Shown: one piece after another, positions 10,042 through 20,277 of the stretch
Numbering within the stretch: the first letter of the stretch is position 1
Layout of the letters: each line of letters opens with the position of its first letter
DNA from: Chloroflexi bacterium UBA5189
GTDB lineage: Bacteria > Chloroflexota > Limnocylindria > Limnocylindrales > CSP1-4
DNA: 64,000 nt
Direction of reading: 5' to 3'
NCBI GenBank assembly: GCA_002413045.1
Contig: DHWF01000026.1
Span: 91,354-155,353 of the forward strand
Position numbers and translations under genes: made by a program
Notes under the pieces: model-generated
Databases searched by the model: none
Told to the model about the DNA's origin: nothing
What the model saw: only the letters and a program-made list of their open reading frames with translations

Positions 10042-10986
10042 TCACGCGAGCAGGTAGCGCGGGACCTCGTTGATGAGCGGCTGGCCAGCCGCGAAGCGGC
10101 GGACCTGATCGCCGGCGAGCTCGAAGCAGCGGACCGTGGTGGATGGAGAATCGCCCGCCATGTGCGGCGTGATCAGCACGTTCGGCAGCGCCCAGAGCGG
10201 GCTTTCGCTCGGCAGCGGCTCCGGGTCAACGACGTCCAGCGCGGCGCGCAGCCGCCCCGCGGCCAGCTCGCGCGTGAGCGCCGCGGTATCGACCGTGCGG
10301 CCGCGACCCGCGTTGACGAGCAGGGCGCCGTCGCGCAGGAGGGCGAGCCGGCGCGCGTCGAGGACGCCCCGCGTCTCGCTGGTGAGCGGCAGCATCGAGA
10401 CGAGGATGTCCGCCGTCGGGAGCAGCTCGTCGAGATCCGCCAGCGCCCGAACGCCGTCGCGCGCCGTGCGCCCGACTCCGGTGATCTGCACGCCAAACGG
10501 CCGGAGACGATCTGCGATGGCCGTCCCGATCGAGCCCATGCCCAGGATGACGACCCGCCGCCCGATGAGCTCGTCTGGCTCGAAGAACGCCCACTCGGCC
10601 TTCGCCTGGGCGTCGCGCGCCCGGATATGCCCGCGCTGCATGGCCAGGATCGCGCCGATGACCCACTCCGCGAGCGGCGCGTCGTAGATCCCACGGGCAT
10701 TGCAGACGGTGATGTGCTCCGGCACCTTGCCGACCATCCAGTCAACGCCGGCGCTCAGCGTCTGGATCACGCGGAGGCGCCCGGGCGGACCCGCGAGCAG
10801 CTCGAGCAGCGCAGGGCGAACCCGGAGCAGCGGCACGATCATCTCGACCCTGGACAGGTCCGGCAACGGCGACGGCTCGTCGGCAACGAGGACCACGTCG
10901 ACATTCGCGGGCAGCTCGCCCATATGGACGTGCTCCGGCATGTCCGGCAGGCAGACGACGATGCGCCTCAGTTGGGCTCCCGTCAT
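10042..10986 (-). CDS. D-isomer-specific 2-hydroxyacid dehydrogenase (NAD-binding)
   Basis: The Rossmann motif ILGMGSIGTAIADRL and the catalytic region LVNAGRG...PHMAG are present. The ATG at 10986 lies 16 nt after the upstream stop. Confidence 0.8.
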   Translation of the reverse strand: MTGAQLRRIVVCLPDMPEHVHMGELPANVDVVLVADEPSPLPDLSRVEMIVPLLRVRPALLELLAGPPGRLRVIQTLSAGVDWMVGKVPEHITVCNARGIYDAPLAEWVIGAILAMQRGHIRARDAQAKAEWAFFEPDELIGRRVVILGMGSIGTAIADRLRPFGVQITGVGRTARDGVRALADLDELLPTADILVSMLPLTSETRGVLDARRLALLRDGALLVNAGRGRTVDTAALTRELAAGRLRAALDVVDPEPLPSESPLWALPNVLITPHMAGDSPSTTVRCFELAGDQVRRFAAGQPLINEVPRYLLA

Positions 10987-11002
10987 TGGATCAGCGCGCG
11001 AC

Positions 11003-12490
11003 TCAGGGTTGCCGGTTGAACCAGACGCCGCCGGGGCCGTCGTAGCTGGTGCCCTCGCCCCAGGCGGCAATGGTCCTGCCGGTGGACGTGATCCCGAGCT
11101 CGCCGTAGTCGCCGTAGACCTCGGCAAACCCGTTCGCGGTCTTGTAGGCGGCGCCGCTCGACGCATCCGAGATCTTGACCGGGGTGGTGGTCCAGGTGGC
11201 GCCACCGTTCGACGAGGTCCGGTACCAGATGTTCCAGGCGTCGACGTTCCCGCCGCCGCTGGTCTGGTCGTACCAGGCGCGGATGTCGGAGGCGCTCGTC
11301 GACTCCACGGCCGGAGCTACGGCTTCCTCACCCGTAACGGAGAGGGTGGTTGGTCCGGACCAGGTCGCGCCCCCATCGCCCGAGTTGCGGGTCGTGATCG
11401 TCTGGAGGCCACCGGCCGCCGTCGCACCGTCGTACAGGAGGACGAGCTTGCCGGGCGCGTAGGCCGTGATGGCAGCGTGCCCGAGATAGAAGTCCGGCGG
11501 GCAGCCGGCCGCGACACACGCCAGGCCCGGCTGGATCGAGTCGACGAGCCGGTCGGTGAAGGTCTGGCCCCCTTGTGTCAGGACGTAGACGTGCTCCTCG
11601 ATCGGCCCGGTGGGCGTCGTGCCCTTGTTGCCACCGCCGCCGTAGAGGATCGAGGTCTCGGCGAAGTAGACCGTCCCGCTCGAATCGACGTCGCCGTCGA
11701 AGGCGAAGATGTAGCGGTTGCTGTCGACGAGCTTGCGCTGGGTCCAGGTCGCGCCCGAATCGTGCGATTGGGCCAGCCACGGATCGCCGCGGGTCGGGCC
11801 GTTGAAGGCGACATACACGTCGACGCCGCTGTCGCTCTCCGCGATGATCGGCTTGTCGTTCCAGGAGACGTTGCCGTACGTCGCGACCGGCGCCGTCCAA
11901 TGCGCACCGTGGTCGGTCGACTTGACGAACATCACGTTGAAGCCGTTCATGTAGAGCGCGTACACCGCGCCGGTGTTCGGGACGACCTCGATGATCGGGT
12001 CGAACTGGCCGGAGCCCTTGCACGCGCACAGCGGCTTTCCGGCGTCCCAGCTCGCGCCACCGTCGCTGCTCGTATACAGGGCGATGTACGGCGTCGGGCA
12101 GTTGCCCGGGCAGGGCTTTGTGCTCGCGTAGCGCGTCGTCAGCAGGTAGGCGTACGGCGCGTGCGGGTCGGTCGCGACAGCGGGCTCCCAGTCGTCGGCC
12201 GTGGCGCTGACCAGCTTTTCGCCGGCCCAACCGGACGTCGGGGCCCCCGTGATTGGCTGCGCCTTGCCTGCGGTGCCCGCCTGGACGGCCTGCTCGAAGC
12301 CTTCTTGATGCGCCTCGGCACCCTCGGCCTGCTCGGCCGCCTCCGGGTTGACGTCCTCCGCCTTCGGACCCCTGCCGAGGCCGTCGTTCGGCGCGCCGAA
12401 CAGGATGTTCTGGGCGAGGACGAGGCCGCCGATGAGCGAGACCACGGCCACGAAGAACAGGCCGGATCGGAGCACATTGAGCCTGACCAC
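11003..12490 (-). CDS. BNR/Asp-box repeat glycosyl hydrolase (sialidase-like), membrane-anchored or secreted
   Basis: There are five SxDxGxTW Asp-box repeats (SSDGGASW, STDHGAHW, SHDSGATW, SGDGGATW, SSNGGATW). An N-terminal hydrophobic segment precedes them. GTG at 12490 follows GGAGGGG. Confidence 0.75.
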   Translation of the reverse strand: MVRLNVLRSGLFFVAVVSLIGGLVLAQNILFGAPNDGLGRGPKAEDVNPEAAEQAEGAEAHQEGFEQAVQAGTAGKAQPITGAPTSGWAGEKLVSATADDWEPAVATDPHAPYAYLLTTRYASTKPCPGNCPTPYIALYTSSDGGASWDAGKPLCACKGSGQFDPIIEVVPNTGAVYALYMNGFNVMFVKSTDHGAHWTAPVATYGNVSWNDKPIIAESDSGVDVYVAFNGPTRGDPWLAQSHDSGATWTQRKLVDSNRYIFAFDGDVDSSGTVYFAETSILYGGGGNKGTTPTGPIEEHVYVLTQGGQTFTDRLVDSIQPGLACVAAGCPPDFYLGHAAITAYAPGKLVLLYDGATAAGGLQTITTRNSGDGGATWSGPTTLSVTGEEAVAPAVESTSASDIRAWYDQTSGGGNVDAWNIWYRTSSNGGATWTTTPVKISDASSGAAYKTANGFAEVYGDYGELGITSTGRTIAAWGEGTSYDGPGGVWFNRQP

Positions 12491-12615
12491 GGTCGACCCC
12501 TCCACGACGCGCGACGGCGAACGGTGCGGTGGAGTGTAGTCAGGAGCACCGCCGCGTCCACGATGATCTGGTGCCCGTACGCCAAGTCGGTGCGTCCGGG
12601 CACCGTCGGGCAAGC

Positions 12616-14196
12616 TCAGGACCCGGCGACGATCTCGCGCTTGCGTCCGTCGACGAACGCGTCCAGCTCCTCGGCGACCGCGGGCGCAAGCGGTGGCGGC
12701 TCGTACTCGGCGAGGAGCTGCTTCCAGATCCGGTTGGCCCGCTCCGTCGCCGTTCGGCCGCCGTCTTCCTGCCACGTCTCGAAGTTCCGCCAGTCGGAGA
12801 GCATCGGCTGGTAGAAGGCGGTCTCGAATCGCTCCAGCGTGTGAGCGGTCCCGAAGAAGTGCCCGCCCGGCCCGACCTCCGCGATGGCGTCGAGCCCGAG
12901 CTCGGCGTCGTCGACCGCGATCGGCTGCAGGACCTCGGTCATCTGCTGGAGCATCTCGGCGTCGAGAATCAGCTTCTCGAACGACGCCGTCAGGCCGCCC
13001 TCCAGCCAGCCGGCGCCCTGGTAGAGCAGGCTGGCCCCGCCCAGCACGGAGCCCCAGATCGACATCTGGCTCTCATACGCCGCCTGTGCGTCGACAACGA
13101 CCGAGCCCGTCACGTTCGAGGAGCGGTGCGGGAGCCCGTAGCGGCGCGCGAGCTGGCCGGTGGCGATGGCAGCCTTCACGTATTCCGGCGTCCCGAATGC
13201 CGGCGATCCGGTCCGCATGTCCACGTTCGAGGTGAAGCCGCCGTAGACCATCGGCGTCCCCGGCCGGACGATCTGCGCGAGGGCGACCATGAACAGCGCC
13301 TCGGCGTTCTGCTGGGCCAGCGCGCCGGCGAGCGTCACCGGCGTCATCGCGCCGGCGAGGGTGAACGGCGTGGCGACGACCGGCTGGCCCCAGGTCGCCA
13401 TCTCGATCAGCCCGTCGGACATCGGGCCGTCGAGGCGGAGCGGCGAGTTCGTGTTCACGATGGTCATGAGGGTGGGCTCGCGGGTGAGCGTGTCGCGATC
13501 CACGCCTCGAGTGATGCTCGCGACCTCCAGCGCGTCGTCCACCACGACGCGCCCGAACGCGAGGCACTGCCACGACTTGTCGAGCAAAGTCGCGAGCGTG
13601 CGGTACATGTCGAGATGCCGCGTCTCGACGGGCAGGTCGGTCGGCTCGAGCGGGCCACCGCCCTCCTGGTGGATCACGTCGAGGCTGCCGATGACCCGGA
13701 CGAAGGCATCGAAGTCGGCCGCGTTGCCGGCGCGCCGGCCCCGATCGAGGTCGGTGACGAATGCCGGACCGCCGACCGCGCCGATAACCAGGTGTCGGTC
13801 GCCGAACACGAGGCCGCGCTCCGGGTTCCGCGCGTGCAGCTCGAAGCGGGACGGGGCAAGCGCGACGAGCTCCTCGACCTGCGCGGGATCCAGGCGAACC
13901 TGGCCGGCGGGACCGCGGGCCCCGTCCTCGCGATCGACCCGCGCCCCGGCAGTCACGAAGCGGTCGAGCGCCCGCGCGCCGAGGACCTGGACGCCGATGT
14001 CGCGCAGGATCGTCAGCGAGGCCTGGTGAATCGCCTCGACCTGGTCCACGGACAGGATCTCGATCGGACCCAGCCGGTTGACGATGCGCCGCCATGGGAG
14101 TCGCGGGATGCCGCCGGATGTCCGGCGCGGATTGCGCCCGCGGGCGTGAGGCCGCTGTTGGGGCCGCTCCTGGGGCCGCTCCAACCGGTCGGGCAC
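12616..14196 (-). CDS. MttB-family (trimethylamine methyltransferase superfamily, non-pyrrolysine) methyltransferase
   Basis: Family similarity runs over about 480 aa (IEILSVDQVEAIHQASLTILRDIG ... GGHFFGTAHT). There is no in-frame UAG. The true start may be internal to the listed ORF. Confidence 0.7.
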   Translation of the reverse strand: MPDRLERPQERPQQRPHARGRNPRRTSGGIPRLPWRRIVNRLGPIEILSVDQVEAIHQASLTILRDIGVQVLGARALDRFVTAGARVDREDGARGPAGQVRLDPAQVEELVALAPSRFELHARNPERGLVFGDRHLVIGAVGGPAFVTDLDRGRRAGNAADFDAFVRVIGSLDVIHQEGGGPLEPTDLPVETRHLDMYRTLATLLDKSWQCLAFGRVVVDDALEVASITRGVDRDTLTREPTLMTIVNTNSPLRLDGPMSDGLIEMATWGQPVVATPFTLAGAMTPVTLAGALAQQNAEALFMVALAQIVRPGTPMVYGGFTSNVDMRTGSPAFGTPEYVKAAIATGQLARRYGLPHRSSNVTGSVVVDAQAAYESQMSIWGSVLGGASLLYQGAGWLEGGLTASFEKLILDAEMLQQMTEVLQPIAVDDAELGLDAIAEVGPGGHFFGTAHTLERFETAFYQPMLSDWRNFETWQEDGGRTATERANRIWKQLLAEYEPPPLAPAVAEELDAFVDGRKREIVAGS

Positions 14197-14197
14197 G

Positions 14198-14977
14198 TCA
14201 GCGGTTGCGCTCGGACCGCACGAACAGGGTCGTGCCGACGAGCATGAACCCGACGAACATCGCGCCGATGATCGCGAGGTTCACCGGCGCCCCCTCGAGC
14301 GGCACTGGGACCACGTCCGGCAAGCCGCCGTAGTAGACGTCGCGGACGAGGTCGATCGCGTACCGCATCGGCGACAGGTGCGACACGATATCCAGGTACC
14401 ACGGCAGGTGCTGGATCGGGTTGAACACGCCCGCGAGGAAGAACTGCGGCAGCATCACGAACGGGAAGACCTGGTTGGCCGCCTGCTGGCTCCGCAGGTT
14501 CGACAGCACGAGCACCCCGAATGCCCCGCCGAAGATCGCCACGACGAACGCGATCGGGATGAAGGCAAGCAGGACGGGTATCGATAGCCGGACGCCGAGG
14601 ACCCAGCCGAACGCGAGGATCGCGGCGGCCTGGGGCAGCGCAACCAGCGACTCGCCGAGGATCTTGCCGGCGATGATCGAGTAGCGCGACACCGGCGAGA
14701 CGAACATCTCCTGGCTGTAGTCCTGCTCGCGATCCGCGATGAGCGAGATCACGCCCAGCGCCGACGACTGCCAGATCGTCTGGCCGAGCACGCCGGTGAA
14801 CACGAAGGTGAGGAGGTTGAGCCCGCCCGCAGATCCGAACCCGGCCTGCAGGCTCGTGCCCAGGATCCCGATGAAGATCAGCGGGAACGCGAGCTCCGAG
14901 ATGATCCGTGCCCGGTCCCGCAGCAACTTGATGAAGTCCCGGTGGGCGATCGCGAAGACCGCCGAGAGCTCATGCAT
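14198..14977 (-). CDS. ABC-2 type transporter permease
   Basis: It has six TM segments with the ABC-2 family pattern. The ATG at 14977 overlaps the ATPase stop by 8 nt. Confidence 0.75.
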   Translation of the reverse strand: MHELSAVFAIAHRDFIKLLRDRARIISELAFPLIFIGILGTSLQAGFGSAGGLNLLTFVFTGVLGQTIWQSSALGVISLIADREQDYSQEMFVSPVSRYSIIAGKILGESLVALPQAAAILAFGWVLGVRLSIPVLLAFIPIAFVVAIFGGAFGVLVLSNLRSQQAANQVFPFVMLPQFFLAGVFNPIQHLPWYLDIVSHLSPMRYAIDLVRDVYYGGLPDVVPVPLEGAPVNLAIIGAMFVGFMLVGTTLFVRSERNR

Positions 14978-15926
14978 CGGGGGCGTCCGGGTCCGGCTTG
15001 TCGACGATCTCGAGATAGGCGTCCTCGAGGGTGGGGGCATGGGTGCGAACGACGCTCAGCGGCGTCTGGATCGCGCGCAGGACCTCGTGCGTGCGGCGGG
15101 CCTCGAGCGGCAGCTTGAACGGCCCCGTGCCGGTGTATGCAAGGCGCATCCGCGTCAGCTCGGCGTCCAGTGCGGCGCGGCTGTCCGCGTCGATCACGAT
15201 GTACTCGTCGACGAGCGCCGCCTTCAGCTCCGCGGGCGTGCCCGAAGCGACGACGTGACCGCCGTCGATGAAGCAGACCTTGTCCGCCTGCTCGGCCTCC
15301 TCGATGTAGTGGGTGGTGAGGAAGATCGTCGTCGACTGCTCACGGCGGACCGTGTCGAGGTAGCTCCAGAGCGTCCGCCGGCTCGGCGGGTCGAGCCCGG
15401 CCGTTGGCTCGTCGAGGAAGAGCACCTTCGGGTCGTGCATCAGGCTGCGCACGATCTCGAGCTTGCGGCGCATCCCGCCCGAGTACGTCCGGACGGGGTC
15501 GAAGACCTCCTTGCCGATCCCGAGCAGCTCCGCGAGCTCGCCGACGCGCCGACGATAGCCGGCCTCCATGAGCCGGAACGTCGGCGCATACGGGTGGATC
15601 CCGTACATGATCGCGTGGAGACGGACGTTCTCCTCGCCGGTGAGATTCTGGTCCAGGCTCGGGCGCTGGAAGATGATTCCGACCAGCCGGCGCACGGCGC
15701 TGGCCTCCGTCACGAGGTCATGGCCGGCGATCGTCGCGCGCCCGGCGGTTGGCAGGAGCGTCGTCGTCAGGATCGAGATCGTCGTCGTCTTGCCGGCCCC
15801 GTTCGGGCCGAGCAGCGAGAAGAACTCGCCCGCCCCGACATCGAACGAGATGCCGTCAACCGCGTTGCGCGCCGCCTTGCGATAGCGCTTGACGAGGTCG
15901 ACGACCTGGATCATCGGCGGTGCCAT
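14970..15926 (-). CDS. ABC transporter ATP-binding protein (ABC-2/DrrA-like)
   Basis: Walker A (GPNGAGKTT), signature (SGGMRRKLEI) and Walker B (LFLDEPTAGLD) are present. The start is ATG at 15926 or 15914. Confidence 0.8.
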   Translation of the reverse strand: MAPPMIQVVDLVKRYRKAARNAVDGISFDVGAGEFFSLLGPNGAGKTTTISILTTTLLPTAGRATIAGHDLVTEASAVRRLVGIIFQRPSLDQNLTGEENVRLHAIMYGIHPYAPTFRLMEAGYRRRVGELAELLGIGKEVFDPVRTYSGGMRRKLEIVRSLMHDPKVLFLDEPTAGLDPPSRRTLWSYLDTVRREQSTTIFLTTHYIEEAEQADKVCFIDGGHVVASGTPAELKAALVDEYIVIDADSRAALDAELTRMRLAYTGTGPFKLPLEARRTHEVLRAIQTPLSVVRTHAPTLEDAYLEIVDKPDPDAPDA

Positions 15927-16029
15927 ACGGCGCCGAGCGTACCGGACCGACCCGTTTGCATCGTGGCCGGTACCAAACGATCCGTTGTCGTCGTTCGGCA
16001 GTAACACGTGGCCTGCTGTAGTGACGCCC

Positions 16030-16194
16030 ATGAGAATCACATGGGGCCTCGCCGAGATCCTCTTCCTGATCGCGGTGATCTGTTTTGCGCTCGCGGCCAT
16101 CGGGCTGGACGTTCACGTCAGCTTGGTCGCGCTTGGCCTCGCGTTCGGCTTCGCGGGCTTCCTCGTCGGCAATCGGGGCGTCCACGTCCCCTGA
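16030..16194 (+). CDS. small hypothetical membrane protein (54 aa)
   Basis: Two predicted TM helices (AEILFLIAVICFALAAIGL, LVALGLAFGFAGFLVG). No clear SD. Confidence 0.25.
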   Translation: MRITWGLAEILFLIAVICFALAAIGLDVHVSLVALGLAFGFAGFLVGNRGVHVP

Positions 16195-16203
16195 CCCGGG
16201 ATC

Positions 16204-17568
16204 TCAGGCTCGGGCGCTTCTCCCGGCCCCGGCGCCCTTGCGCGACAGGGAGTCGATGCTCACGGCCGCCAGCAGCACAAGCCCGGTGATGATGAGCTGG
16301 TACTGGATGGGCAGGCCGAGCAGGTAGAGGCCGTTGTAGATCGCGCCGATCACGAGGCCACCGAGCAGGCCGTGGATGGCCCGACCCCGCCCACCGAACA
16401 GGCTGGTGCCGCCGATGACGGTGGCGGCCACCGCGTACAGGACCAGGGAGCCGCCGGCGATATTCGTCGTGATGCCACCGATCTGGGACAGGTAGATCAC
16501 GCCGGCTAGGCCGGCCGTCGCCGAGCACAGGATGAACGCGACGGTCCTGACGCGGGGCACGTTGATCCCGGCGCGACGGGCCGCCTCGGAGTTGCCGCCG
16601 ACGGCGTACATGTGGCGGCCGAACGCGGTGCGCTCGAGGAAGACGGTCCCGATCGCAAGGACGACGAGCACGACCGGCACCACCCACGGCATGCCGATGA
16701 TCGGGATGTTCCGGCCACGATTCAGGCTCGTGATCGCGACGACCGCCGCTCCCGCGACGGCGATCGCGACGATCTTGGCCAACGTCAGGCCGACCGGGGG
16801 CGCGACGAGGCCGCTCCTGCGGCGGTTCGCATCGCGGAGCCACAGGGAGCCGCCGAGGAGCACGACGATGAGCCCCAGCCCGATCCAGGCGACGACGGGA
16901 TCGATGTAGGCGTTGACGATTCCAAAGAGCGCCTGCTGGTTCGGCAGGATCGAGCTCGTGATCGAGACCCCGCCGGCGGGCCCGATCATGACGATCATCA
17001 CGCCGAACCAGATCAGGTATCCCGCGAGGGTCACGATGAAGGCCGGGATCCCGAGGCGGGTGATGATCAGGCCGTGGATGAGGCCGATCAGCCCACAGAC
17101 GACCAGCGCGGCGGCAATGGCGATCCACCACGGGAGGTTGGGGCTCGGCTGCACGAGCTGCGCGGCGACGATCGCGCCGATGCCCGCGACATAGCCGATC
17201 GAGAGGTCGATCTCTCCGAGCAGGAGGACGAAGCCCTCGCCCATCGCGAGGACGATGAAGACGGCGCTCTGGTCGAACAGGTTGACGAGGTTGGATGGCG
17301 ACAGGAAGACGTGGTTCGGGCTCACGAGCGTGAACACGACCGTCACGAGCACGAGCGCGACCGCGACCGGGAGCACGCCCGCGTCGCCGCCACGTGCCCG
17401 CGCCAGCCAGGCGCGCAGGTACTGGCCCAATGACTGGGCGACGATCTCCGGCGGGACGACGTCGACGGCGGCGGCGGTCAGGTCGGGCGCCGCCTCGGCA
17501 TCCGGGCCTGCGTCGACGGCCATCGGCGGCTGGGGCTCGGCCGGGTCCGGGGTGCCGTCAGGTGGCAT
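16204..17568 (-). CDS. sugar ABC transporter permease (CUT2 / AraH-RbsC family)
   Basis: It has ten or more TM segments with the BPD_transp_2 pattern (LFDQSAVFIVLAMGEGFVLLLGEIDLSIGYVAGIG). The gene lies 6 nt downstream of the ATPase gene. Confidence 0.8.
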   Translation of the reverse strand: MPPDGTPDPAEPQPPMAVDAGPDAEAAPDLTAAAVDVVPPEIVAQSLGQYLRAWLARARGGDAGVLPVAVALVLVTVVFTLVSPNHVFLSPSNLVNLFDQSAVFIVLAMGEGFVLLLGEIDLSIGYVAGIGAIVAAQLVQPSPNLPWWIAIAAALVVCGLIGLIHGLIITRLGIPAFIVTLAGYLIWFGVMIVMIGPAGGVSITSSILPNQQALFGIVNAYIDPVVAWIGLGLIVVLLGGSLWLRDANRRRSGLVAPPVGLTLAKIVAIAVAGAAVVAITSLNRGRNIPIIGMPWVVPVVLVVLAIGTVFLERTAFGRHMYAVGGNSEAARRAGINVPRVRTVAFILCSATAGLAGVIYLSQIGGITTNIAGGSLVLYAVAATVIGGTSLFGGRGRAIHGLLGGLVIGAIYNGLYLLGLPIQYQLIITGLVLLAAVSIDSLSRKGAGAGRSARA

Positions 17569-17573
17569 GGCGG

Positions 17574-18356
17574 TCAGGCCTTCGCCGGCGCGGTGGCGAC
17601 GCCGCGCGAGGAGCCGCCGGTCGTCATGAAGTCGACCACGCTCGCCGTGTCGTAGGAGGAGAGCGGACCCTGCGTGACCATCCGGCCGAGTCGCAGGACG
17701 GCAATCCGATCGGCGACCTCGAACACGTCATTGAGGTTGTGCGAGATGACCATGACCGCGAGGCCGTGGTCCTTCAGGCGCTTGATCAGGTCGAGGACCA
17801 TGCGGGTCTGGGCCACGCCGAGTGCCGCCGTTGGCTCGTCGAGCATGACCAGCTTCGAGTTCCACATGACGGCCTTGGCGACCGCCACCGCCTGGCGCTG
17901 GCCGCCGGACAACGTGGCCACGGGCTGCCGGATCGAGCGAACCGTAGTCACGCGCAGGCTCGCGAGGGTTTCTGCCGCGGCCCGCTCCATGCTGTCCTCC
18001 TGGAGCAGCAGCCGGCTGACGCGCTCGCGACCCAGGAACATGTTCTGGACGATGTCGAGGTTGTCTGCGAGCGCCAGGTCCTGGTAGACGGTCTCGATGC
18101 CGAGCGCGGCGGCGTCCTTCGGGTTCCGGATGTGGACCGGCTTGCCCTCCCACAGGATCTCGCCCTCGTCCGCCTCGTGGATGCCGGCAATCGTCTTCGT
18201 CAGCACCGACTTGCCGGCGCCGTTGTCGCCGCAGAGCGCCGTGACCTCACCCGAGGGCAGGTCGAGGTCGACGCCGTACAGCGCCTGCACCGCGCCGAAA
18301 TGCTTGCTGATCCCGCGGAGCGAGAGGAGCGGTACGGCGGTCGACGTCATGCCCAT
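17574..18356 (-). CDS. sugar ABC transporter ATP-binding protein (single-domain, FrcA-like)
   Basis: Walker A (GDNGAGKS), signature (LSGGQRQAVAVAKA) and Walker B (LVMLDEPTAAL) are present. Confidence 0.8.
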   Translation of the reverse strand: MGMTSTAVPLLSLRGISKHFGAVQALYGVDLDLPSGEVTALCGDNGAGKSVLTKTIAGIHEADEGEILWEGKPVHIRNPKDAAALGIETVYQDLALADNLDIVQNMFLGRERVSRLLLQEDSMERAAAETLASLRVTTVRSIRQPVATLSGGQRQAVAVAKAVMWNSKLVMLDEPTAALGVAQTRMVLDLIKRLKDHGLAVMVISHNLNDVFEVADRIAVLRLGRMVTQGPLSSYDTASVVDFMTTGGSSRGVATAPAKA

Positions 18357-18488
18357 CGCATCGAGCAGATCATGACGCGGCGCAACGATCCGCGCGCGGC
18401 GAAAAAGGAACGTGCCGCCCCCGCCGATGGCGGGGGCGGCACGCGCTTGCGGTTCATGTCTGGCTCGCGGGACGCGAGCCGGAGGGAC

Positions 18489-19745
18489 TTACGAGATCCC
18501 GGCCGCCGTGCAGACATCGGCGCCAACCGCGGCGCAGAGGTCCGTGACCGAGATGAACTTGTCCTTGATGACCGTGGTCTCCATGTTCGCCGCGTTCACC
18601 CAGTACGGGGTGAGCAGGACGGCAGGCTCGGTCGTCGTCGGGGCCGCGGGATCGGCGGTCGTGCCGTTCACGAGACCGCTCGGCGGCGTCTGGCCGGCGC
18701 GGAGGTAGGTCGCAAGGGCGACGGCCGCCTGGGCCTCGAGGTAGACCGGCTTGTAGACCGATCCGCACTGCCAGCCCTGGAGGACGTATTCCATGCCCTG
18801 GATGGTGGCGTCCTGACCGACGGTCGGGACCTTCTTGGCCGCGACGCCCGCTGCCTTGAGCTTGGTGATCACGGCGCCGGCGAGGCCGTCATTGGCCTCG
18901 ATCGTGGCATTGATCTCCGGGTGGGCCGTGAGGGCCTGCTGGAAGATCGTGCCGCCCTGATCGTTGTTCCAGCCCGGGGCGAGCTGCTCGCCGACGAGCG
19001 TGGCGCCCGCCGCGTTGGTGGCGCCCGCCGCAACCTGGGCGATCTTCTGGCCCCAGACCGCGTCGTTGTAGCCCTTGGCGAAGTCGATCGCGTTCGGGTC
19101 GGTGTCCTGGCCGCCGTCAACGGTGAAGACCTTCGGGCTCGCGACGGCCCAGTCGGTCACGCACTGCGTGAACCCCTTGCCGATGAGCTCGCCGACCTGC
19201 ACGTTGTCGAAGCTGACGTAGTAGGTGCTGGTGCCCTGGAAGGTGGCACGGTCGTAGCTGATCATCGGGATATTGGCCGCGGCGGCCGCCGCCTGGATCG
19301 CCTTGCCGGTCGGGCCGTCGAGCGGGTCGACGAGGAGGACCTTGGCCCCAGCGGTGATGTCAGCCTGGGCGATCGCCAGCTCGGTGGTCGTCGTCCCGGA
19401 TGCGTTGTCGATCTTGAAATCGGTGGACGCGTACCCGGCGGCCGTGAAGGCCTGGGTCAGGTATGGCTTGTCGTAGCTCGTGTAGCGAGCCGACGTGGTG
19501 GTATCCGGAAGGATGACGCCCACGAGGCCGCTGCCGCCCACGCTCTTGAGCTGCGCCATTGCGGTGAACGCCGCGTCGAACGAGTCGACGGTGAGGCCGG
19601 CGCCCGTTGCGCCACTCCCGCCCGGAGCCGTTGTTCCGCCCGGAGCCGTCGTGGCCCCCGGGCCGGTTGTTGCTGCCGGGCTGCATGCCGCAGCCGCGAG
19701 CACGACCGCCGCGAGCGCGGCGGAGCCCTTCACGCGAAGGTGCAT
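18489..19745 (-). CDS. sugar ABC transporter substrate-binding lipoprotein
   Basis: A signal peptide with lipobox (AAVVLAAAACSP) precedes a periplasmic-binding-protein type I fold (KVLLVDPLDG, ISYDR). ATG at 19745 follows GGAGGT. The ORF-track start at 20255 is an over-extension. Confidence 0.75.
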   Translation of the reverse strand: MHLRVKGSAALAAVVLAAAACSPAATTGPGATTAPGGTTAPGGSGATGAGLTVDSFDAAFTAMAQLKSVGGSGLVGVILPDTTTSARYTSYDKPYLTQAFTAAGYASTDFKIDNASGTTTTELAIAQADITAGAKVLLVDPLDGPTGKAIQAAAAAANIPMISYDRATFQGTSTYYVSFDNVQVGELIGKGFTQCVTDWAVASPKVFTVDGGQDTDPNAIDFAKGYNDAVWGQKIAQVAAGATNAAGATLVGEQLAPGWNNDQGGTIFQQALTAHPEINATIEANDGLAGAVITKLKAAGVAAKKVPTVGQDATIQGMEYVLQGWQCGSVYKPVYLEAQAAVALATYLRAGQTPPSGLVNGTTADPAAPTTTEPAVLLTPYWVNAANMETTVIKDKFISVTDLCAAVGADVCTAAGIS

Positions 19746-19836
19746 TGTTACCTCCAACATTTGGATCGAGGGCGCTACAGGCGCCTGCCCGTCCGTCCGC
19801 GCCAGGAGGCTGCGCCTGCATGTCGGTCGCTGAGCC

Positions 19837-20229
19837 ATGGCCCGGATCTGCGACGGAATGTACAGCCTGTGGGAAAAACGCGGGTCGGATGGATATCTGT
19901 GCTGGCCGCGGCGTGCGATCATCGACGCCATGAAGGGCGATCGGGTCGAGGCGGTGGTGGATACGGGCCAGGGCACCCAGACGTTCGAAATCGTTGCGTC
20001 GCGCGCCGGGCGGCGGATCGAGGTCACGACGGCGCGGGGCGTCGTCGAGGTGACCGAGGTCACGCGCGGCGGGACACCCGTCAGGACCGGCCGGTTCATG
20101 GCGAGCCGCCTGATCGCGCTCGTCGAGCATCCCGTCCGCGAGCGTGACGATTCGCGCGTCGAGGTGACGACCCGCCGGCGGATCGCCAGCGGCAGCCGGC
20201 GCTCGGAGGCGACCGAGCCAGATCGGTAG
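19837..20229 (+). CDS. hypothetical protein (130 aa)
   Basis: ATG-initiated ORF with high GC3 and no recognisable domain. It is in the same frame as the downstream helicase gene, separated by a single TAG. Confidence 0.35.
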   Translation: MARICDGMYSLWEKRGSDGYLCWPRRAIIDAMKGDRVEAVVDTGQGTQTFEIVASRAGRRIEVTTARGVVEVTEVTRGGTPVRTGRFMASRLIALVEHPVRERDDSRVEVTTRRRIASGSRRSEATEPDR

Positions 20230-20277
20230 CCGCGCCGTGACAGGCAACCCGGCACGACCGCGGCCTACGATTCCCCC

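Noticed and set aside
12529-14247. 572-aa plus-strand ORF opposite the MttB-family gene
   Set aside because: Shadow ORF.
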